A DNA stretch of 64,000 nt from Pyrinomonadaceae bacterium (GTDB lineage: Bacteria; Acidobacteriota; Blastocatellia; Pyrinomonadales; Pyrinomonadaceae). This document shows positions 10,317-20,237 of this stretch, piece after piece. Numbering within the stretch: the first letter of the stretch is position 1; each line of letters starts with the position of its first letter. Position numbers and translations under genes: made by a program. The stretch is taken from assembly GCA_046313635.1 (NCBI GenBank), contig JBKBYA010000001.1, forward strand, positions 799,481 through 863,480, written 5' to 3'. Below the pieces are notes generated by a model. That model saw nothing but the letters and a program-made list of their open reading frames with translations, did not search any database and had not been told where the DNA came from.

Positions 10317-12158
10317 ATGGAAAGCGAAAAGTCGAACAAAAAGATCGTCAACGATCGCGGCGGCGAGCGCGGGGCGGCCCTGGTGATGGCACTGCTCGTT
10401 TCATTTCTGCTGCTTGTGGCCAGCGCAGGACTACTGCTCGAATCGGCGGCCAATTCACAGAACGTGACCGACGCCGTCGCCGAGCAGCAGGCTTACAGTG
10501 CGGCCGAGAGCGGCATTCAGTCGGCCGTTAACGCTCTCCGTGTCGCCGCCGTCCCGAGCCCGCTCTGTCGCACGGACCTGCCCGCGACCGACCCGGCAAA
10601 CAAATTGACGTTCATCAATGCGATCAAACCGTCTTGCTCGAACGCACCGGGCGACGCGAGCACCGAAGCCAGGCTTTCGCGTTGGCTGACGTACAGCTCG
10701 ACCTGCAGCGAGCGTGTCGTTCTCGGCACCGCGACGTGCGACCGGCGAAACGGCTTCGGCTATTCGCTGGCCTTTTCTGATCCCGACAACGTCGGGAGCA
10801 TTGTCGATTACACGACGAGCATCATCTTTTACATGCCGGGCGGCAACGTCTCGCAAGCCAACTTCGGCTCGGGCGGCAATACGACGAGGATAACGTACAC
10901 CCCTGCGGCGGTGACGGGTTTTAATACCGCAGGCGGGAGCGCGACGACAAATTTCGGTACTTTCAACGTCCAGCTCGGCCCCAGCGGCGGGGCTCTGATC
11001 ACGTCATACACCCGATTCGAGATCGTCGTGTCGATGACAAGGCCGTACACGGCGACACGCACGCTTCGCGGATGGATCGAGTCAAATACGTCGGCGACAC
11101 AGAATCAGCCGCCGAAGATACTGTTTGATGCGCAGACCTACACGCTGCAGGGCAGCATTATCACCCTGAATTTCGGCTGGGGCTCGCCCACCTTTGTGAC
11201 CGATCGCAACCCGCCGCAGCACTACGGTTACGAGGCCACGCTGAACAACGGACCGAGCGTTCTGACGGGCACGATGACCTCGCCCGAGCCGACACGTCTG
11301 CTCGTTCGTTCGACGGGCTTTGGTCCGCGCGGAGCGACAAAGACGCTCGAGGCGATCGTTCAAAAAGACTTCTTCAACGGCCTGACCGCACCGGCGACGC
11401 TGACGCTCGTCGGTCCGGCCTCGACGCCGGCCTGTCCGAGCTGTACGCCGCCGACGCCGGCCACGACCTTTACGTTCAATCCGGGTTCGTCGAGCGTTAC
11501 GGTCTACAGCGGTGACGACACCGTGACGACCGACGTCATCCCGCCGATCGGTACGACCAACCCCGGAAATCTCGAAACGGTCGAGACCTCCGTCGATGGT
11601 CTGCCGCCGCATCCGTTCAACGGCACGGTCGTCGGCTCGCCGTCGGATGTCAGCACCGAGACGCCGTGGTGGCTGAGCTCGCCGTCGATGCTCGACAGTG
11701 CGGTCCGCTCTCTGTACACGGTCGCCAATTCCTCCGGGCGATTCTTTCCACAAGGGACCAATCCGCCCAATTTCGGCAACTTTACGACGGCGCAGGGCAT
11801 AACTTTCTGCGACGGCGATTGTACATTCACGGGCCAGGGCGGGGGAGTTCTGGTCGTGACCGGCCAGCTGACGCTGCACGGCAATTTCTCGTTCAAGGGC
11901 ATGATCATCGTCACCGGCCAGGGCGGCGTCAACCGCACGGGCGGGGGAACCGGCGATATCCTCGGAAATATGGTGCTGGCTCCTTACGTCGGAAGCCGCA
12001 TCTTCGACGGCATATCGCCGACGTCGTCGTCTTCTTTCCTGGCCCCGCAGTACGACCTTTCCGGCGGAGGCACCTCGACCATTCGATTTGACTCGTCGGC
12101 GGTTGCCGGCGGTCTCGTCGCCGTCAGCAACTTCGTTCTCGGCGTCGTCGAAAAATAG
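10317..12158 (+). CDS. PilX/GspK-like minor pilin, unusually large (613 aa)
   Basis: ERG|AALVMALLV without Glu5; QAYSAAESG; VRSTGFGP; C-terminal G.G.LVV.G.L beta-solenoid-like repeats; AAGGAGG ribosome-binding site. Confidence 0.85.
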   Translation: MESEKSNKKIVNDRGGERGAALVMALLVSFLLLVASAGLLLESAANSQNVTDAVAEQQAYSAAESGIQSAVNALRVAAVPSPLCRTDLPATDPANKLTFINAIKPSCSNAPGDASTEARLSRWLTYSSTCSERVVLGTATCDRRNGFGYSLAFSDPDNVGSIVDYTTSIIFYMPGGNVSQANFGSGGNTTRITYTPAAVTGFNTAGGSATTNFGTFNVQLGPSGGALITSYTRFEIVVSMTRPYTATRTLRGWIESNTSATQNQPPKILFDAQTYTLQGSIITLNFGWGSPTFVTDRNPPQHYGYEATLNNGPSVLTGTMTSPEPTRLLVRSTGFGPRGATKTLEAIVQKDFFNGLTAPATLTLVGPASTPACPSCTPPTPATTFTFNPGSSSVTVYSGDDTVTTDVIPPIGTTNPGNLETVETSVDGLPPHPFNGTVVGSPSDVSTETPWWLSSPSMLDSAVRSLYTVANSSGRFFPQGTNPPNFGNFTTAQGITFCDGDCTFTGQGGGVLVVTGQLTLHGNFSFKGMIIVTGQGGVNRTGGGTGDILGNMVLAPYVGSRIFDGISPTSSSSFLAPQYDLSGGGTSTIRFDSSAVAGGLVAVSNFVLGVVEK

Positions 12159-12188
12159 GTCGCGGCCGGGTGTCGATCAAAACAATTG

Positions 12189-12221
12189 GGCCTCGTTCCG
12201 GAACCGGAACGAGGCCGTTTT
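12189..12221. terminator. Terminator between the convergent pilX-like and amidotransferase genes
   Basis: 13-bp stem GGCCTCGTTCCGG/CCGGAACGAGGCC followed by GTTTT. Confidence 0.7.
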
Positions 12222-12240
12222 GCCGTAGCATTACCGATCG

Positions 12241-13152
12241 CTACCGCCCGACAGCGAGCTTCAAAAAGTTCTCAAATAGAATGCGGCCGTCGCGCGACTC
12301 GTTCGGATGCTCCCAGCGCGTCGGGTTCTTTGACCAGTCCTCGAATGATTTCTCCAGATGAAACTGCACGCAGTAGATCATCTGCTCCGCGGTGCGGCGG
12401 ACCATCATTTGATTTTTGCAGAGGTATGAGGTCGCGAGCAGCTTAAAGCCCTCGGGCACACCGACGACCTGTACGCCGTGATTCTGCCAGACGCGCAGGA
12501 TGTCGTCGTCGCGTGTATAGTCTTGCCAGACGCCCGACATCTGGTCGTCGATGCCGCGAAAGATGGGGTCAGACTTATCGACGATCTTTATGAAGCGGTA
12601 CTGGTACTCAACGACGCGATCGGTCCGCTTCTCGGCGAGCGGCAGATCGTCCAGCGTTCGAAGCTCGGAGCCGAAGGACATCGCGACGAGCTGATGCGCG
12701 CCGCAGATCGCCAGTACCGGAATGCTCGTCGATCTGATGAATCGGCCAAAGCTCTCAAGGTGCGCCGGGTTGTAGTAATCAAAATCCGCGTACGTGCCGC
12801 TCAGGACGATCGCGTCGGGACGATAGCGTTCGGCGGCCTCGGCGACCTCCGAGAGATGGACGGTAAGCGTCTTGGGATTTCGAACGAGGCGCAGGACATT
12901 TTTGGCGATGTTGTCGCAGGCCATACCCGCGATCTTGCGCTCAAACTCGAGCTTTTGCTTGATGCTGCCGTGCCATTCCTCGAGAGCGAGCGGCGAGAGG
13001 TCCGACTCGTACCGGAGGAGGTCGTTGACGATCAGCACCTTTGCATGGTCGATCGTCTTCTCGATGGGCTCGTACCTGCAAAAGCTGCTTTTGTTGTAAG
13101 GGAACGGGAGCGCCGGTTCGGCTGCCGATCTTTTTGTCGCGACGTCGAGCAT
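12241..13152 (-). CDS. Class I glutamine amidotransferase-like protein
   Basis: IVLSG, VLAICGAHQL (nucleophile Cys), VQFHLE (His-x-Glu). Confidence 0.85.
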   Translation of the reverse strand: MLDVATKRSAAEPALPFPYNKSSFCRYEPIEKTIDHAKVLIVNDLLRYESDLSPLALEEWHGSIKQKLEFERKIAGMACDNIAKNVLRLVRNPKTLTVHLSEVAEAAERYRPDAIVLSGTYADFDYYNPAHLESFGRFIRSTSIPVLAICGAHQLVAMSFGSELRTLDDLPLAEKRTDRVVEYQYRFIKIVDKSDPIFRGIDDQMSGVWQDYTRDDDILRVWQNHGVQVVGVPEGFKLLATSYLCKNQMMVRRTAEQMIYCVQFHLEKSFEDWSKNPTRWEHPNESRDGRILFENFLKLAVGR

Positions 13153-13216
13153 AAACCTCTGGAATTATCTTAAAACAGTCAGGGTTCTCAAAACAGGGGA
13201 GGCGCGGGCCTCCGGC

Positions 13217-13699
13217 TTATGCCCGCTCCCTGCGCTGCCTTGTGTCCTGCCGGAACTCGGGCATCTTTTCGCCAGCTCCGGCCTCGGCGATCTCGCTGCG
13301 GACCATTGCGACGAGCGAGCTTCGAAGCCTGCCGACCGCCGAGGGAGCAACGCGCTTTGCCGACTCGTCGAGCATCAGCAGCATCCGGTGCCACGAGGTC
13401 TCGAGCTCGTCGGCAAGCGCCGAGATCTTTGTGATGTCGTACGGCACCGCAAACTCGCGGCAGCCCGCGCGGCCAAACACGCGCAGGTACCGCGCCGTCG
13501 CGAGGTCAGGGCAGGCAAAGCGGCGCTTGCCGATCTTTAGCTCAATGCCCAGGAGCGTATAGAGTATTTCCGGCCGCTGCTCTCGCGGCTGGATGTCGAG
13601 CACGTGCGAGCGCGTTCGCTGCGTGCGTACGCGCGTCGCGTAGATCGACGGCAGCCATTCGTCGCCGAGCCTTTCGCGGATCTGTAAGGCAATATTCAT
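13217..13699 (-). CDS. Hypothetical protein
   Basis: 160-aa ORF with a normal composition, co-oriented between nuoN and the amidotransferase. Confidence 0.7.
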   Translation of the reverse strand: MNIALQIRERLGDEWLPSIYATRVRTQRTRSHVLDIQPREQRPEILYTLLGIELKIGKRRFACPDLATARYLRVFGRAGCREFAVPYDITKISALADELETSWHRMLLMLDESAKRVAPSAVGRLRSSLVAMVRSEIAEAGAGEKMPEFRQDTRQRRERA

Positions 13700-13785
13700 C
13701 CCGTGTCGCTGCCGCGGTAAAAGTTCTTGGGCGGGTCAGCCGCTTGCCGACCCGCCCGATAAATGGTCCACGGCAAACCGCGTCG

Positions 13786-15339
13786 CTATTTCACCCGCGC
13801 CTGAGCGGCCGGCGGCGGGCTCGAGAATCGCTCGATGACCTGGTTGCCGGCGATGCCGAAATACAGCACGCCGACCACCGTGATGACGATCGCCGCGGCC
13901 ATTGTCGCCGACACCCTTGGAGCGCTCCATTCGGTCGTTCGCTCGCGGAAGAACATCACGACTATCAGCCGCAGATAGTAGTAGGCCGAGATCGCCGTGT
14001 TGACGACGGCCGCGACGACGAGCAGCGTCAGCATCGCGTCGCCGGCCTCGAGCGCCGGGCGAAAGACGAGGACCTTGCCGAGAAAGCCTGCCGTCAGAGG
14101 CAGACCCAAAAGGCTGAGCATAAAAAGCGACAGCGAGAAGGACAGCGCCGGCGAACGAAATCCGATGCCGTTGTAATCCTCAAATTCGGTGCGGCGATCG
14201 TTCTTTTGCGCGAGCAGAGTGACCACGGCAAAGGCGCCCATGTTGGTGATCGCGTAGGTCAGCATATAAAAAGCCACGGCCGCGATCGCCGCGTCGCGCT
14301 CGGCCGCGTTAGATGCGGCACCCGCACCGACAAAGCCGACCATCGCATATCCGGCGTGAGCGATTGACGAATATGCGAGCATTCGCTTGACGTTGTTCTG
14401 CAATATCGCGGCGACGTTGCCGACCGTCATCGACAGGATCGCCATCGCCGTCAGCGCCGTCATCCACGACTCGTGCAGGTAGCCGGCCGCCTGGGCTCCA
14501 CCGATGAGCGGGAAGCCAAGAACAAAAACGCGCAGGAACGACGCGAACGCAGCGGCCTTTGGCCCCGCGGCCATAAATCCGGTGATAGGCGTCGGCGCTC
14601 CTTCGTAAACGTCAGGCGTCCAGACGTGAAACGGCGCGGTCGCGACCTTGAACCCGAATCCGACGATCATCATCGCAGCGCCCGCGAGCAGCAGTGCGGG
14701 GAAGTTGGGGTCGGCGAGCTTCACGGCGATCTGCGAGATGTTGGTCGAACCCGTGGCGCCGTAAACGAGAGCCATGCCGTACAACAAGAATGCGGAGGCG
14801 AACGAGCCGAGGATAAAGTACTTCATCGACGACTCGTTCGAACGCAGGTCGCCGCGGCGAAGTCCCGCCATCACGTACGTCGCGATCGACAGCGTCTCGA
14901 GTCCGAGGAATATCACCACGAGATCATTCCCCGCCGCCATCAGCATCATTCCGAATGTCGCAAAGAGCAGCAGCGCGTGATACTCGCCGACCGGCACGTC
15001 CTCGCGCTCGACCCAAACGGTAGAGATCAGCACCGTAAGCGCCGTTACGAGCAGAAAGACGAACGAAAAGCTCAATCTCAAATTGTCGTGAGCGATCATT
15101 CCGCCCCACGAATTGCCGGCGCCTGCGGCCATCGCGGCCGAGTCCCACATCCCGGCCAACACGAAAGCCGACGCGGCCAGCCCGACCAGCGAGATCGTTC
15201 CCGTGACCGACCGCTGCCGCGGGGCGAAGCTGTCGATGAGCATCACGACCACGCCGGCGATCGCGACGATCATCTCGGGAAGGATGGCGCCGATGTTGGC
15301 CCCGGGCGGCATCAACTCCTGCAAAAAGAAAGTGTTCAT
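13786..15339 (-). CDS. nuoN: NADH-quinone oxidoreductase subunit N
   Basis: ESSMKYFILG, FKVATAPFHVWTPDVYEGAP, KRMLAYSSIAHAGY. Confidence 0.97.
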   Translation of the reverse strand: MNTFFLQELMPPGANIGAILPEMIVAIAGVVVMLIDSFAPRQRSVTGTISLVGLAASAFVLAGMWDSAAMAAGAGNSWGGMIAHDNLRLSFSFVFLLVTALTVLISTVWVEREDVPVGEYHALLLFATFGMMLMAAGNDLVVIFLGLETLSIATYVMAGLRRGDLRSNESSMKYFILGSFASAFLLYGMALVYGATGSTNISQIAVKLADPNFPALLLAGAAMMIVGFGFKVATAPFHVWTPDVYEGAPTPITGFMAAGPKAAAFASFLRVFVLGFPLIGGAQAAGYLHESWMTALTAMAILSMTVGNVAAILQNNVKRMLAYSSIAHAGYAMVGFVGAGAASNAAERDAAIAAVAFYMLTYAITNMGAFAVVTLLAQKNDRRTEFEDYNGIGFRSPALSFSLSLFMLSLLGLPLTAGFLGKVLVFRPALEAGDAMLTLLVVAAVVNTAISAYYYLRLIVVMFFRERTTEWSAPRVSATMAAAIVITVVGVLYFGIAGNQVIERFSSPPPAAQARVK

Positions 15340-15361
15340 TACAGATCTACAGTTCTAAATT

Positions 15362-16987
15362 TTAGCGGCCCGAGCCGGTCGTCAGTCCGTGGACCGCGTC
15401 GGCGTGCTCGACGCTGCCGCCCGCCTGTTTGACGACGCGTTCCTGTATCGCGACGACCGCCTCCTGCGAGCGGTCGAGGAACGGTCTCGGATAAACGCCC
15501 ATATAAACCATCAGGAAAAGCAAAGGAGCGAGCAAGCCGATCTCGCGCCAGCTGAGATCGCTCAGGCGGCGATTCTTTTCGTTAGTGATCTTGCCAAAAA
15601 AGACGCGCTGCACCATCCAGAGCAGATACACGGCGGCAAAGATGACTCCCGTGCCGGCGAGCATCGTGGCGATGTAGTTCCAGTTGTTGCCGTTCATCAC
15701 CGGCAGGACCGTCGAGTTGAACATCCCGATCATGATCAGGAATTCGCCGACGAAGCCGTTCAAGAACGGCAGGCCGATCGACGACATCGTCGTGATGATA
15801 AACAGCGTCGCATAGATAGGCATCACGTTGGCGAGCCCGCCGAATTGATCGATCTCGCGCGTGTGGCGGCGTTCGTAAATGAAGCCGACGAGCAGGAAGA
15901 GCGCTCCGGTCGAGACGCCGTGATTCAGCATCTGGTAGAGCGCGCCCTGCATTCCCATCTCGGTGAACGAGAACATCCCGAGAATGACAAAGCCCATGTG
16001 CGCGACCGACGAGTAAGCGACGAGACGCTTGACGTCGGGCTGTACCATCGCGACCAGAGCGCCGTAGATGATGCCGACGATCGCGAGCGTGATAAAGAGC
16101 CACGCGAACTCACGGCTCTGATCGGGAAACAATCCAAAGTTGAAACGCATCAGGCCGTACGTTCCCATCTTGAGCAGCACGGCGGCGAGGATGACAGAGC
16201 CTGCGGTCGGAGCTTCGGTGTGCGCGTCGGGCAGCCAAGTATGGACCGGGAAGAGCGGCACCTTGATCGAGAATGCGAGCGCGAACGCCCAGAACATCAT
16301 CGTCCCCGCCATCGCGAATCGCGGGTCGGCAAACGTCATGTGTCCGAGCTTCATCGAGTTGAGCAGCGTGACGTAATCGAACGTTCCGACGCCCGTCTGA
16401 TCGGCATGGACGTAATAGAGCCCGATGATCGCCGCCAGCATCAGCAGACTGCCGAAGGCGGTGAAGATGAAGAATTTCACCGCCGCGTAAATGCGATTTT
16501 CGCCGCCCCAGATGCCGATCAAAAAGAACATCGGCACGAGCGACGCCTCAAAAAAGAGGTAAAAGACGAGCAGATCGAGCGAGACAAAAACGCCGAGCAT
16601 CGCGCTCTCGAGCAGCAGCAAAAAGGTGTAAAAGGCCGTCGCCTTTTTCTCCACCGCGTGCCAGGTCGAGACGACCGCGATCGGCATGATGAACGTCGTC
16701 AGCAGCACGAGCCAGAGGCTGAGGCCGTCAACGCCGACGTGATATTTAGTATTGATCGCGGTGATCCACGGCACGTTCTGCTCAAAGAAGAATCCGCTTG
16801 CGCTCTTTACAGCGTCGCCCGAGAGCAGGGCGAGCGAGATCACGAAATTGACGATCGTGAATATCAGCGTGACCCACTTGAGCTGGCCTTCCTGCTTCCA
16901 GAACGCCTGATGACCCAAGACCGCCGCGGCGCCGACGAGCGGCAGCACGATCAGGATCGTCAACAAATTTGCGTTTATGAAATCCAT
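15362..16987 (-). CDS. nuoM: NADH-quinone oxidoreductase subunit M
   Basis: GVDGLSL, IKVPLFPVHTWLPDAHTEAP, KRLVAYSSVAHMG; start set at MDFINAN because the upstream extension is repeat-derived. Confidence 0.97.
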   Translation of the reverse strand: MDFINANLLTILIVLPLVGAAAVLGHQAFWKQEGQLKWVTLIFTIVNFVISLALLSGDAVKSASGFFFEQNVPWITAINTKYHVGVDGLSLWLVLLTTFIMPIAVVSTWHAVEKKATAFYTFLLLLESAMLGVFVSLDLLVFYLFFEASLVPMFFLIGIWGGENRIYAAVKFFIFTAFGSLLMLAAIIGLYYVHADQTGVGTFDYVTLLNSMKLGHMTFADPRFAMAGTMMFWAFALAFSIKVPLFPVHTWLPDAHTEAPTAGSVILAAVLLKMGTYGLMRFNFGLFPDQSREFAWLFITLAIVGIIYGALVAMVQPDVKRLVAYSSVAHMGFVILGMFSFTEMGMQGALYQMLNHGVSTGALFLLVGFIYERRHTREIDQFGGLANVMPIYATLFIITTMSSIGLPFLNGFVGEFLIMIGMFNSTVLPVMNGNNWNYIATMLAGTGVIFAAVYLLWMVQRVFFGKITNEKNRRLSDLSWREIGLLAPLLFLMVYMGVYPRPFLDRSQEAVVAIQERVVKQAGGSVEHADAVHGLTTGSGR

Positions 16988-16996
16988 TTGAAAAAT

Positions 16997-17064
16997 GTTC
17001 GTTGTCGGTTGTTCGTCGTTCGTTGAGTTCAAAGCTCAACGAACGGCGAACAACGAACCACTAA
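16997..17064. repeat. Heptamer-array palindrome (GTTCGTT/AACGAAC) at the nuoL-nuoM junction
   Basis: gttcgtt gtcggtt gttcgtc gttcgtt gag ... ctcaac gaacggc gaacaac gaaccac taac. Confidence 0.85.
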
Positions 17065-19385
17065 CCAACGAGCTTCAGCCCGTAATAAATGAAATAACCG
17101 AGCACGATCAGAGCTCCGGCCAGGATCATCGCGACGTAACTGCGGACAAACCCGACCTGGATGCGGCGAACGACATCGCCGAGAGCCATCACGAAATATC
17201 CGGCACCGTTGACGACGCCGTCGATAAAGCCGAGATCAAAGCCCTTCCAGAGGCCGTCGCGCGAAAGCTTGGTGATCGGGTCGACGATGTAGCCGTTGTA
17301 GAGCTCGTCGATGCGCCACTTCTCTTCGAGGATGCGCGGCATCCGGCGAAGCGGCGACTTGCTGAAGACAACCCAGCCGATCGAGATGCCGACGATCGCG
17401 AGCACGACCGAGAGAAGCGCAAGCAGCCGCTCGGTGCGGATCTCTTCGGGCGAGTGCGCCGCGTGCTCGGCGTCGGCCGCTGCGGGCGAAGCGTGTTCGC
17501 CCGCAGCGGGCTTCACGGCATGTGCGTCAGCTGCCGGTGAGGCCGCATGTTCGCCCGCCGGTCCCATCGACGGCTCGACGGCGTGTGCATTCTTGGCGTG
17601 AGCGGCCTTGTAGATCACGGGCTCGAGCACGTGCTCAAACTTGTTCACGTCGCCGAGGCCCACGAGCGAGCTCATCGCGTACGGCACGCCGATCAGTCCG
17701 CCAAATGTCGAAAGGATCGCGAGGACGATCAGCGGGATCGTCATATTCGCGGGCGATTCGTGCGGCTTGAAGTCGGGCGGGAGAGCGTGGTGCTCTTCGT
17801 CGTCGTCGTCGTGACCGCCGGCGACGGCGTGGCCGTGATGCATCTCGTCATCGCTCGCATCACCGGTCGCGAACGCATTCTCCTCGGCATGAGCGGCGTC
17901 GTGAGCGTGTGCGTCATCCGGCAGAGCAAGATGGAAACGCTCCTCGCCCCAGAATGTCATCACCATCAGCCGCGTCATGTAGATCGCCGTGAGCACGGCG
18001 GTCGCGAGCCCGACGACCCAGAGGATCGTGTTTGCCGGCACGCCGAAGATCGCCGCCTCATGAGCGGACGCGGTCGTCGAGAACGTGCGATACAGAATTT
18101 CGTCCTTTGAGAAAAATCCCGCAAAGATCGGAATGCCCGAGATCGCCAGCCAGCCCGTGAGCATCGTGGCGAAAGTGATCGGCATATATTTGCGCAGGTT
18201 GCCCATCCGCCGCATGTCCTGCTCGTGATGCATACCGTGAATGACAGAGCCCGAACCGAGGAAGAGCAGCGCCTTGAAAAAGGCGTGGGTCATCACGTGA
18301 AAGATCGCCGCGATAAAAGCACCGACGCCGCACGCAAGGAACATATAGCCGAGCTGCGAGACGGTCGAGTAGGCGAGTACCTTCTTGATGTCGTTCTGCG
18401 CGAGGCCGATCGTCGCCGCAAATATCGCTGTCGCGCAGCCGATGATCGCGACGATGAACATCGCGGTCGGCGCGTTCTGATAGATCGCGTTGCAGCGTAC
18501 GACCATATAAACGCCCGCCGTGACCATCGTCGCGGCGTGGATGAGGGCGGAGACAGGCGTCGGGCCGGCCATCGCGTCGGGCAGCCATGTGAAGAGCGGG
18601 ATCTGCGCCGATTTGCCCGTCGCGCCGATAAAGAGCAGAACGGCCGCCGACGTGATGCCGCCCGCGAAGATCATTCCCCAACTAAAAGGCTCGGCCCCCA
18701 TCGCGCCGATCGCGTTGAGCGAGCTGACGACCGTCTCACCGCCGACCACCTTGTCGTAGAACGAGATCGAGCCCGTGAGCGTGAAGATGAGAAATACACC
18801 GATCAGCACGCCCCAGTCGCCGATGCGGTTCATCACAAAGGCCTTCTTTGCCGCACGCCGCGCTTCGTCACGCTTGATGTAGTAGCCGATCAGCAGATAC
18901 GAGCACAGGCCGACGCCCTCCCAGCCGACGAACATCAGCAGGAAGTTGTCCGCGAGCACGAGCGTCAGCATCGCGAACATAAAGAGATTCAGGTACGCAA
19001 AGAAGCGATAGAATCCCTTGTCGCCGTGCATATAGCCGGTCGCGAAGATGTGGATCAGCAGCCCGACGAACGTGATGAAGCAGGCGTAGATGCCGGATAG
19101 CCGGTCCATACCGAGACCGAAGTCCGCACGGAAGCTGCCCGCCTGGATCCACGTCCAGAGATGGTCGAGCACAGGCTTGCCCTCGGGCATCGACAACGCT
19201 CCCGGATGAGGCGTGCCGATGCCGAAGGCGATCATAAAGGCGATGACCGTCGAGATCGCGATCGTGCCGCACGCCACGACGCCGCTGAAAAGCTCATTCT
19301 TCAAACGCCCGCCGATGAGCCAGTTGATAACGGCTCCCGCGAGCGGGGCGAAGATGATAATGCTCAGTAGATTGTTCTCAATCAT
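17061..19385 (-). CDS. nuoL: NADH-quinone oxidoreductase subunit L
   Basis: GWEGVGLCSYLLIG, GKSAQIPLFTWLPDAMAGPTPVSALIHAATMV, DIKKVLAYST. Confidence 0.97.
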   Translation of the reverse strand: MIENNLLSIIIFAPLAGAVINWLIGGRLKNELFSGVVACGTIAISTVIAFMIAFGIGTPHPGALSMPEGKPVLDHLWTWIQAGSFRADFGLGMDRLSGIYACFITFVGLLIHIFATGYMHGDKGFYRFFAYLNLFMFAMLTLVLADNFLLMFVGWEGVGLCSYLLIGYYIKRDEARRAAKKAFVMNRIGDWGVLIGVFLIFTLTGSISFYDKVVGGETVVSSLNAIGAMGAEPFSWGMIFAGGITSAAVLLFIGATGKSAQIPLFTWLPDAMAGPTPVSALIHAATMVTAGVYMVVRCNAIYQNAPTAMFIVAIIGCATAIFAATIGLAQNDIKKVLAYSTVSQLGYMFLACGVGAFIAAIFHVMTHAFFKALLFLGSGSVIHGMHHEQDMRRMGNLRKYMPITFATMLTGWLAISGIPIFAGFFSKDEILYRTFSTTASAHEAAIFGVPANTILWVVGLATAVLTAIYMTRLMVMTFWGEERFHLALPDDAHAHDAAHAEENAFATGDASDDEMHHGHAVAGGHDDDDEEHHALPPDFKPHESPANMTIPLIVLAILSTFGGLIGVPYAMSSLVGLGDVNKFEHVLEPVIYKAAHAKNAHAVEPSMGPAGEHAASPAADAHAVKPAAGEHASPAAADAEHAAHSPEEIRTERLLALLSVVLAIVGISIGWVVFSKSPLRRMPRILEEKWRIDELYNGYIVDPITKLSRDGLWKGFDLGFIDGVVNGAGYFVMALGDVVRRIQVGFVRSYVAMILAGALIVLGYFIYYGLKLVG

Positions 19386-19869
19386 TTGATCTTGTATCGG
19401 GCACGGCCAGCATCATCTCAAGCATCGTCGTCCGAAAGCCGGCCCGTTCAAAAAACTCCTGCGCCGCGTTGTTGCGTGCGGCGACCGAGAGCATAAGCTT
19501 CGAAGCGCCAAATTCACGCGCCGCCTCGACCGCTGCCTCGATCAATAACTTTCCGGCCCCGTGCCGCCGAACTTCCTCCTCGACATACAGGTCGTGAAGC
19601 CAGACCGCATTCTCAAGAAGGTTGGCGTAATCGATCTCCTCGTACTCGAGGTAGGCGAATCCAACGATCTTGCCGGCGGCCTCCGCGACAAATACGGCGG
19701 CTGTATCAGCTTCAGCTCGGCTGCCGTACCACCGCTCGGCGCCTTCGCGGTTGGAAAGCTCGGCAAACCGGATCGCATCGTACTCGCGATGCTGTGCAAA
19801 GAGCTTAAGTGCGAGATCCGCGACCGCTGGCGCATCGTCCTTACCCGCGCGGCGGATCAGCACTGCCAT
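19378..19869 (-). CDS. GNAT-family N-acetyltransferase
   Basis: IRRA, LHDLYVEEEVRRHGAGKLL, N..AQEFFERAGF. Confidence 0.9.
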   Translation of the reverse strand: MAVLIRRAGKDDAPAVADLALKLFAQHREYDAIRFAELSNREGAERWYGSRAEADTAAVFVAEAAGKIVGFAYLEYEEIDYANLLENAVWLHDLYVEEEVRRHGAGKLLIEAAVEAAREFGASKLMLSVAARNNAAQEFFERAGFRTTMLEMMLAVPDTRSND

Positions 19870-19876
19870 TCGAAAA

Positions 19877-20182
19877 CTAGTTCCTCATAATGCTCGCGTC
19901 GTCGACGTCCACCGAGACGCGATTGCGGAAGAACGCGATGATGATGCCGAGGCCCACAGCCGCTTCGGCGGCGGCGACGCTCATCACCATAAAAACGAAA
20001 AGCTGACCAGTCACGTCCGAGTAGTAGCGCGAGAATGCGACGAAGGTGAGATTCACGGCATTGAGCATCAGCTCGATGCACATGAACATCCCGATCGCGT
20101 TGCGCTTAAAGATGACGCCCGCGGCGCCGATCGTGAACAAGATGCCTGATAGTGCGAGATAGCTCGCGAGACTCGGTTCCAT
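19877..20182 (-). CDS. nuoK: NADH-quinone oxidoreductase subunit K
   Basis: [22 protein letters not shown]; start at MEPSLAS. Confidence 0.96.
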   Translation of the reverse strand: MEPSLASYLALSGILFTIGAAGVIFKRNAIGMFMCIELMLNAVNLTFVAFSRYYSDVTGQLFVFMVMSVAAAEAAVGLGIIIAFFRNRVSVDVDDASIMRN

Positions 20183-20185
20183 AAC

Positions 20186-20225
20186 AGTTGTCGGTGGTCG
20201 GCGGTCAGAACGCGATCGCCGATCC
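20186..20225. repeat. Degenerate heptamer array (GTGGTCG type) at the nuoJ-nuoK junction
   Basis: gttgtcg gtggtcg gcggtca ... cgatcgc cgatc. Confidence 0.55.
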
Positions 20226-20237
20226 ATTCAAATTTAA

